A stretch of 47,723 bases of DNA, taken from IMG/VR virus record IMGVR_UViG_3300036798_000156, positions 1 through 47,723 of that record, one strand, 5' to 3'. How positions within the stretch are numbered: position 1 is the first letter of the stretch; every line of letters begins with the position of its first letter. Under the pieces are notes generated by a model. The model was not told where the DNA came from and made no database searches. It saw only the letters and a list, made by a program, of their open reading frames with translations. This stretch comes from a virus. Its lineage: Duplodnaviria; Caudoviricetes. Both the position numbers and the translations under genes were made by a program. Below, piece by piece: positions 45,245 through 47,723 of this stretch.

Positions 45245-46842
45245 GTCCTGAAGACATAACAAAACAAACTTATTATTACCCGGCTACGGATGAGGACACC
45301 GAGGCAGCGGGACTTGATCCATCTATAGAAGGCGGAACACAGGGATCGGGACCGTTTAAGAATTTAGATTTACGAAACCATACCCTTGAGGCATATCGGA
45401 GAGAAGAATCTCCATTTGTTGCTGTGGCAATGAAAGACGTTCCCTATGGGACGCAATTCCCACTGAAGCTTCATGGTTCTAACGAAGTCGTTCCAGCGAA
45501 GGTTGTTGATACAGGCGGTGGCCTGGCCTCTGGAACCCATGTTGACATTGCAACTGAGAATCCTCAATTAGCAAAGACTGGTGGCGGAAAAATTAGTCCC
45601 CCTCCTGAGTCTGCGCCAGGCGATCAGCAAGTTCCCTTAGACCTTCCTAGCCTTGACCAAATATCCGCTGGAGGAATACCAGACGTGACTGCCGCAGGAC
45701 AGGATACGGGCGATGCTATCAGGGCAGCTATTGATGCCACGCCAGCCAGGGCTTTGGTAGCGGGAGACAATACAGACGCGGCGGATGAATATGCATCGAC
45801 CGATACCTCAGATGAGCCTACGACAACAGAGATGTCCAGTGAAACTCCCGTTGCAGCAGCACAGCCTCAAGAACAGGAAGGTGCCCCCACACTAGGCAGG
45901 TTGGGTAAAATTCCCCAGGTGGATCACGTTGATGCAGACAAGGGTTTGATCTATTACAAAAACGGAATGATCTTGGACACCAATTCTAAGGACATATACA
46001 CTACTGATCCTGCCGGAAACCAGTGGTTGCATCCCGCTGATGGATCAAAGCCCGTCAAGATCAAGGGAGCAGCGGGCGCGATACATCCTGCCATCATGAA
46101 TCAATTGATAGCCAACGGTGCACCCGTTACGAATCCAGATGGATCGCCTTACCAGAATGACGCCCAGGCTGCCCAAGCATTGCAAGACTTCCAGAAAGCC
46201 AATGGCATTCCTACTAAGGTTCAGCAACACATTGCCGACATGGTTACAAATAAGTTGGGTTCTTCCAGAAATCCCTATACCAAGAATTATCTTGCCATGC
46301 AGGGAAATTATGAATCAGCGATGGACAACATTGATAAGCAAGGACGAAATGGTATTGACGATGCCTTCCTTTTGAGCGCCATAGCAGGTATCGAGAATCC
46401 TGGCCGATCAAACACAGAGAATGATTTTAGGGTAGCATTACGATCAGCAGGTATTAGAGGCAACATAGAGGTAATGGCAAAGAGAGCTTCTGCAATATTT
46501 AACGGAAGCACCCAAGACCAAGGACGTATTCTGCCTGATGAAATGCTTCCACAGATTAAGGGAGCCGTCACAAACGCCGTCAAGGCACGATACAACTTAT
46601 ACCAGGCAGGCGTTGAACCTTTTCGAAGGCAATTGGCGAATGCCGGCCTCAATCCCGACAATTACATTCCGCCTATTAAATTAAGGGGAGGGGCTGCTGT
46701 GCCCCCAGCGCCTAGTGCGGCCTTTCCCAACCAACCGCCTCCAACTATTTCAAGCCAGTCTGAATACAATCAACTTCCCCCTGGTAAATACCAAGCAATT
46801 GGCTCCGATGGACAACTTCATACATTCACCAAGGCTAAATAA
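45241..46842 (+). CDS. internal virion protein with an N-terminal 3D/DPBB lytic transglycosylase-like domain
   Basis: YYP...IEGG...VAVA...PYGT...VVDTGG......VDIA. Confidence 0.65.
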   Translation: MSPEDITKQTYYYPATDEDTEAAGLDPSIEGGTQGSGPFKNLDLRNHTLEAYRREESPFVAVAMKDVPYGTQFPLKLHGSNEVVPAKVVDTGGGLASGTHVDIATENPQLAKTGGGKISPPPESAPGDQQVPLDLPSLDQISAGGIPDVTAAGQDTGDAIRAAIDATPARALVAGDNTDAADEYASTDTSDEPTTTEMSSETPVAAAQPQEQEGAPTLGRLGKIPQVDHVDADKGLIYYKNGMILDTNSKDIYTTDPAGNQWLHPADGSKPVKIKGAAGAIHPAIMNQLIANGAPVTNPDGSPYQNDAQAAQALQDFQKANGIPTKVQQHIADMVTNKLGSSRNPYTKNYLAMQGNYESAMDNIDKQGRNGIDDAFLLSAIAGIENPGRSNTENDFRVALRSAGIRGNIEVMAKRASAIFNGSTQDQGRILPDEMLPQIKGAVTNAVKARYNLYQAGVEPFRRQLANAGLNPDNYIPPIKLRGGAAVPPAPSAAFPNQPPPTISSQSEYNQLPPGKYQAIGSDGQLHTFTKAK

Positions 46843-47723
46843 TGGCAGACGAAGCTCAGTGGGTACCTCCAGATCAGCCAGACGACGCCAAGCCGTGGAC
46901 GCCACCTGACACGCCGGACGATCAGATCACGCCCGAGAACGTAGGCAACCAGGCTTCTCAACACCTGGCACAGTATCGTGCGGGAGAACGTCCAGACCTT
47001 TTACCACACGAAGCAGAATTCCTTGAAGGCATAACCCCCTTAATAGGTAAGACTGAATCCGATTTCATGCCAGGTATTTCAAAGCTTCCTGAAGCTGATT
47101 CTGGATTCACAAACGCAACCAACCTGCCAGGCCCGGGTAATGCAGATGAACTTTCTCATTACATGCAGACCGAGCAAGAGGCCGCAGGGGGACAAAGCAC
47201 TACAGAACGTATGGTGGGAGGAATTGCACAAATTCCAGGTCAGGCTATGAAGGCAGCCCCCGGAATATGGGGAGGGATCAAATCATTTTTCGGAAATGCA
47301 TTTCAAGGTGCCCGCGTGGCTGGCAATGATGAAGCACTTCAAAGAATAGGCGATACTTCTACGGAGGAAAAAGCCGTTCAGGACGTATCGAAAGAATATC
47401 CTGCTGCGTCAGCAAAGGTTCTTTCGGCCCTGGCGGACATGGGAGCATGGGGAACAAACATGGCATTAGAAACGGCTGTAGGCGGTCCCTTAGGCCCAAT
47501 TATAGCCCAACATCCGTTTGTCCAAAAGCTAGAGTCAGTTGCCCCTGCATTGGCGGATTTCTTTGTCAATCGAACTACAGCCAACGTTAATAAATACCAA
47601 AAGGAAATGGACATCGATCCAAATTCTTTCGCGTCCCAGATTACAGACCTTGCGGCATTTAGTCTATTGCCGGGAGCGCAACTTGGCCATGCCGGAGATT
47701 TAGCTAAAATCATCGATGATGCA
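46842..47723 (+). CDS. large internal virion protein, truncated by the window end
   Basis: ATG 46842 (TAATG overlap), MADEAQWVPPD...; no stop seen, so absent from the ORF track. Confidence 0.65.
   Translation, partial: MADEAQWVPPDQPDDAKPWTPPDTPDDQITPENVGNQASQHLAQYRAGERPDLLPHEAEFLEGITPLIGKTESDFMPGISKLPEADSGFTNATNLPGPGNADELSHYMQTEQEAAGGQSTTERMVGGIAQIPGQAMKAAPGIWGGIKSFFGNAFQGARVAGNDEALQRIGDTSTEEKAVQDVSKEYPAASAKVLSALADMGAWGTNMALETAVGGPLGPIIAQHPFVQKLESVAPALADFFVNRTTANVNKYQKEMDIDPNSFASQITDLAAFSLLPGAQLGHAGDLAKIIDDA

Noticed and set aside
13701-47713. Numerous minus-strand ORFs opposite late genes
   Set aside because: Antisense shadows of long, coupled plus-strand genes with no motifs
1-47723. CRISPR array, integrase, DGR/reverse transcriptase, stop-codon recoding
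   Set aside because: No repeat-spacer array or recombinase/RT motifs were seen, and long genes read intact in the standard code

Overview
This window is most of a tailed dsDNA bacteriophage genome with podovirus-like (short-tail, internal-protein-ejecting) gene order; it is truncated on the right inside a large internal virion protein. Layout: (1) 127-8464 (+) early region of about 30 small ORFs driven by a family of near-leaderless sigma70-type promoters, plus two unannotated structured RNAs at 3556-3817; (2) 12767->8470 (-) replication/DNA-modification operon with an HTH initiator, primase-helicase, HNH endonuclease, a hidden degenerate tRNA-Gly(UCC) and a Mu Mom-like GNAT DNA modifier; (3) 12869-47723 (+) tRNA-Met and tRNA-Pro, terminase large subunit, portal, scaffold, exonuclease, major capsid protein, signal-peptide-bearing adhesins, a lysis cassette with a GH75 chitosanase-like enzyme, tail tube proteins and ejection proteins. 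The strongest candidate new systems are a Mom-like adenine hypermodifier paired with its own apparently non-translational tRNA-Gly, and a PAPS-reductase-like plus sulfotransferase/prenyltransferase cassette wedged between two paralogous ejection proteins. No integrase, DNA polymerase or CRISPR array was recognised. All protein calls come from motif reading and gene order, not database searches.
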